A stretch of 36,080 nucleotides of DNA, taken from positions 1 through 36,080 of the forward strand of contig CALXQC010000012.1 of the NCBI GenBank assembly GCA_944390435.1. The letters run 5' to 3'. The stretch is from an uncultured Clostridia bacterium. Lineage in GTDB: Bacteria > Bacillota > Dehalobacteriia > UBA4068. Made by a program: the position numbers and the translations under genes. The notes under the pieces are model-generated. The model had not been told where the DNA came from and ran no database searches. It worked only from the letters and a program-made list of their open reading frames with translations. Shown in pieces: positions 33,969 to 36,080 of this stretch (position 1 is its first letter; each line of letters begins with the position of its first letter).

Positions 33969-34265
33969 CAGATGCTCCTTGTCTTGATTTTGGTCAGCCC
34001 GGGCGCAAGGATCGGCGCCGGTAGACAGAACTATATTATAACGATCTGTGGCGCGGAAGACAAGGAATTTCTCGCCAGGGAGCTAAAATAAATATAAGAA
34101 TATTTGACTGCGGCCGGAACATCAGCCCCGGACCGGCAGTATTAAAAATCTTTAACAACGGATTAAAGCTTGTTTAAAGATGATTTTAGCGGAGTGTTTT
34201 TTGCTATAATAGCGGCGGCAGCAGCAATAACGCTGTGCGCAATATGACAGAAAGAGCCTTACTTT

Positions 34266-35156
34266 ATGACGGATAATTTTTCCTTGGCCCCGGAAGATGC
34301 AGCCACAGTTAAAAGGCGGCGCATCGTCAGTATTGTTTCCATCATCATTTTTCTGGCGCTCTCAGCGGCGGTCTTTTGGTTTGTCGGCCGGCCGCTGATC
34401 GAATTCGTCTCTGAGCCGGAACGCTTCCGCTTATGGGTGGACAGCCATGGCTTTGGCGGCCGCTTGGCCTTTATCGGCATTGTGGTGCTGCAGGTGATTA
34501 TCGCCATTATCCCCGGGGAGCCGATCGAAATCGGCGCCGGCTATGCTTTTGGCGCGGTAGAAGGTACGCTGCTGGTCATTATCGGCGCGATGATCGGCAC
34601 TACGGTGATCTTTCTTTTTACCCGTTTTTTCGGCGTCAAGGCGGTCGATTGTTTTTATCCGCGGGAAAAGCTTCTTTCCATGAAGTTTTTCCGCAATAGC
34701 CGCCGGCTGAATTTATTGGTATTCATTCTGTTTTTTATCCCCGGCACGCCTAAGGATATTATGACCTATGTTTTAGGCCTGACCAATATGAAGCTCAGCG
34801 TCTGCCTGCTGCTCACCAGTATTGCCCGTATCCCGTCGGTGATTACCTCCACCATCGGCGGCAATGCCCTGGGGCTGCAGAATTATCAGTTCGCCGTGAT
34901 TGTCTTTATCTTTACGGTGGTGGTCAGCGTGGCCGGCATTCTCGTTTACCGCCATATGAGCAAGCGCCTGAATGAGCAAGAAGAGTCCAAAGAGCAGGCG
35001 GAGCGGCCAGGAACAGCCGCCTCGCAGGAGACGGCGGTCAGTCGGCCGCCGGATGATCCCGCAGCGCGGCATCAAATAACCGAGAAACAAAAACAGCAGT
35101 CCGTTACTCAGCGGACTGCTGTTTTTTTATGCCAAAGTTGGCTTAGTCAAGATTGA
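34266..35156 (+). CDS. TVP38/TMEM64 (DedA-related) family membrane protein with a long polar C-terminal tail
   Basis: VLQVIIAIIPGEPIEIGAGYAFG is the family signature. The last ~20 codons run through a terminator hairpin and overlap the GNAT gene end. Confidence 0.7.
   Translation: MTDNFSLAPEDAATVKRRRIVSIVSIIIFLALSAAVFWFVGRPLIEFVSEPERFRLWVDSHGFGGRLAFIGIVVLQVIIAIIPGEPIEIGAGYAFGAVEGTLLVIIGAMIGTTVIFLFTRFFGVKAVDCFYPREKLLSMKFFRNSRRLNLLVFILFFIPGTPKDIMTYVLGLTNMKLSVCLLLTSIARIPSVITSTIGGNALGLQNYQFAVIVFIFTVVVSVAGILVYRHMSKRLNEQEESKEQAERPGTAASQETAVSRPPDDPAARHQITEKQKQQSVTQRTAVFLCQSWLSQD
35088..35128. terminator. Bidirectional terminator
   Basis: cagcagtccg-ttactcag-cggactgctg flanked by an A-run on the left and T7 on the right. 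Confidence 0.75.
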
Positions 35157-35574
35157 GATCAAAGCCATAACAGCTTTTTTCAAAGCCGTAGATCTCATAG
35201 AAGCGGTGCGCTCCGGTGCGGGGAAAGCCGGAATCCAGCACGATAGCCTTGCAGCCGCGCGCCTTGGCCAGCTCTTTGGCATGATCCATCAGCTTGATGC
35301 CGTTCCCCTGGCCGCGTTCATTTTCATTAGTGATAATGCTGGAGAGATAGCAGGTCATGCCGGAGAGCCAGAAGGTATTGAAATAGGCGCCGTGGCAGAA
35401 ACCGTGGTATTCGTCCCCATCCATGAGGAAAAAGGCGAAGCTGTTGGGATCATTGATGACGTCTTGATAGACCTGACGGATCTGGTCTTTATCATAGGTG
35501 TTGTAGGTCCACAATTTCTCGATGTAATCGAACGCTGCATCATAGTCTTCCATAGTGGCATTTTTGAACTCCAT
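35143..35574 (-). CDS. GNAT-family N-acetyltransferase
   Basis: 143 aa. The acetyl-CoA binding region RGQGNGIKLMDHAKELAKARG fits Q/RxxGxG/A. AAAGGAGG RBS. Confidence 0.8.
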   Translation of the reverse strand: MEFKNATMEDYDAAFDYIEKLWTYNTYDKDQIRQVYQDVINDPNSFAFFLMDGDEYHGFCHGAYFNTFWLSGMTCYLSSIITNENERGQGNGIKLMDHAKELAKARGCKAIVLDSGFPRTGAHRFYEIYGFEKSCYGFDLNLD

Positions 35575-35751
35575 GCTGATTCCTCCTTTAGTAATACTCG
35601 GGACAAAAATTGCCCTATCTGCTACAACTTCATCATATAACTTGCCGCTGCAAATGTAAATACCATTCAGCGTTTTCCGGCGTCCCGCAGCTTTGCGTTG
35701 TGCAGCACCCCATTGAGCAGCATAATGAACGCTCGATAAGCTTTATCCTGC

Positions 35752-35784
35752 AAAAAAGTCGGAACGAGTAAAACTCGTTCCGAC
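35752..35784 (-). terminator. Rho-independent terminator immediately 3' of the tRNA remnant
   Basis: Minus-strand GUCGGAACGAG-UUUUA-CUCGUUCCGAC followed by U6. Confidence 0.75.
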
Positions 35785-35785
35785 G

Positions 35786-35844
35786 TGGCGGAGTGGGTGG
35801 GATTCGAACCCACGTGCCGGTATTACCGGCAAACTGATTTCGAG
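35786..35844 (-). tRNA. 3' fragment (anticodon loop to CCA) of a class II tRNA-Ser(CGA)-like gene; truncated, not a complete tRNA
   Basis: The minus strand reads CUCGAAA-UCAGU-UUGCCGGUAAUACCGGCAC-GUGGGUUCGAAUCCCAC-CCACUCC-G-CCA. A T-arm, a long variable arm and the 3' acceptor strand are present. No matching 5' acceptor strand (GGAGUGG), D-arm or 5' anticodon stem occurs upstream. Confidence 0.6.
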
Positions 35845-36012
35845 TTTTATAAAGTGCGTGTCAGGATCAGTCAGTTTCGTGTTCGTTTCTGCTAGTTTCG
35901 TCCTCGACGCAAAGCCGCATAAATACTGGTTTTTTCAGGCCAAAACCCCGAAAAGCCAGGATTTACGGGCTAGTTCGAATGAACCGAAAAATGTGCCAAA
36001 ACGCGCATTTTT

Positions 36013-36041
36013 GGAAAGAACTACGGAAAGAACGGAAAGAA
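36013..36041 (+). repeat. Three tandem GGAAAGAA(C) direct repeats
   Basis: ggaaagaac (36013-36021), ggaaagaac (36025-36033), ggaaagaa (36034-36041). Confidence 0.5.
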
Positions 36042-36080
36042 TTGAGAGCAATCAGGTAATACACACGGACAGTCACACCG

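Noticed and set aside
35786-35844. The tRNA fragment as tRNA-Sec (selC), given the selenoprotein content of the window
   Set aside because: The anticodon loop reads CU-CGA-AA (Ser, CGA), not UCA. The fragment is also incomplete.

Overview
GC-rich chromosomal segment whose gene content looks like a Gram-positive anaerobe of the Clostridia type: an SLH-like fragment, a Re-citrate-synthase/aconitase/IDH operon, a DUF4358 lipoprotein and corrinoid methyltransferase genes. About 30 protein genes are supported. No rRNA, CRISPR array or IS element was seen. Order of content: rhodanese lipoprotein; a divergently organised corrinoid-dependent methyltransferase locus (1.4-9.5 kb); a selenium-handling pair yedF/DUF3343; an ArsC/Spx-family gene interrupted by an in-frame TGA; carA and carB; the citrate synthase-aconitase-IDH-GntR operon; cell-envelope genes (DUF4358 lipoprotein, polysaccharide deacetylase, metallophosphoesterase); marR-MATE; flavodoxin; RHH-cysK; a radical SAM gene; transporters (putP, YeiH-family, rarD, TVP38); GNAT; and a truncated tRNA-Ser at the right edge. 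Three observations stand out. (1) Two ORFs called separately (3816..2878 and 2874..2458) are in one frame, separated only by TGA-GAC. The TGA falls exactly where the URO-D/MtaA methyltransferase family has its distal Zn-ligand Cys, and family homology continues across it into a thioredoxin-fold CxxC domain. This suggests a Sec-containing methyltransferase-thioredoxin fusion inside a corrinoid system that has no recognisable substrate-specific MT1 gene. (2) A second recoded gene, an ArsC/Spx-family UxxC selenoprotein, has an fdhF-like SECIS hairpin and sits next to yedF/DUF3343, which supports Sec decoding in this organism. (3) carB is fused in frame to a DapF-fold domain in which both catalytic cysteines are replaced, so the domain is probably a pseudoenzyme. 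All functional calls come from reading motifs in the supplied translations. No database search was run.
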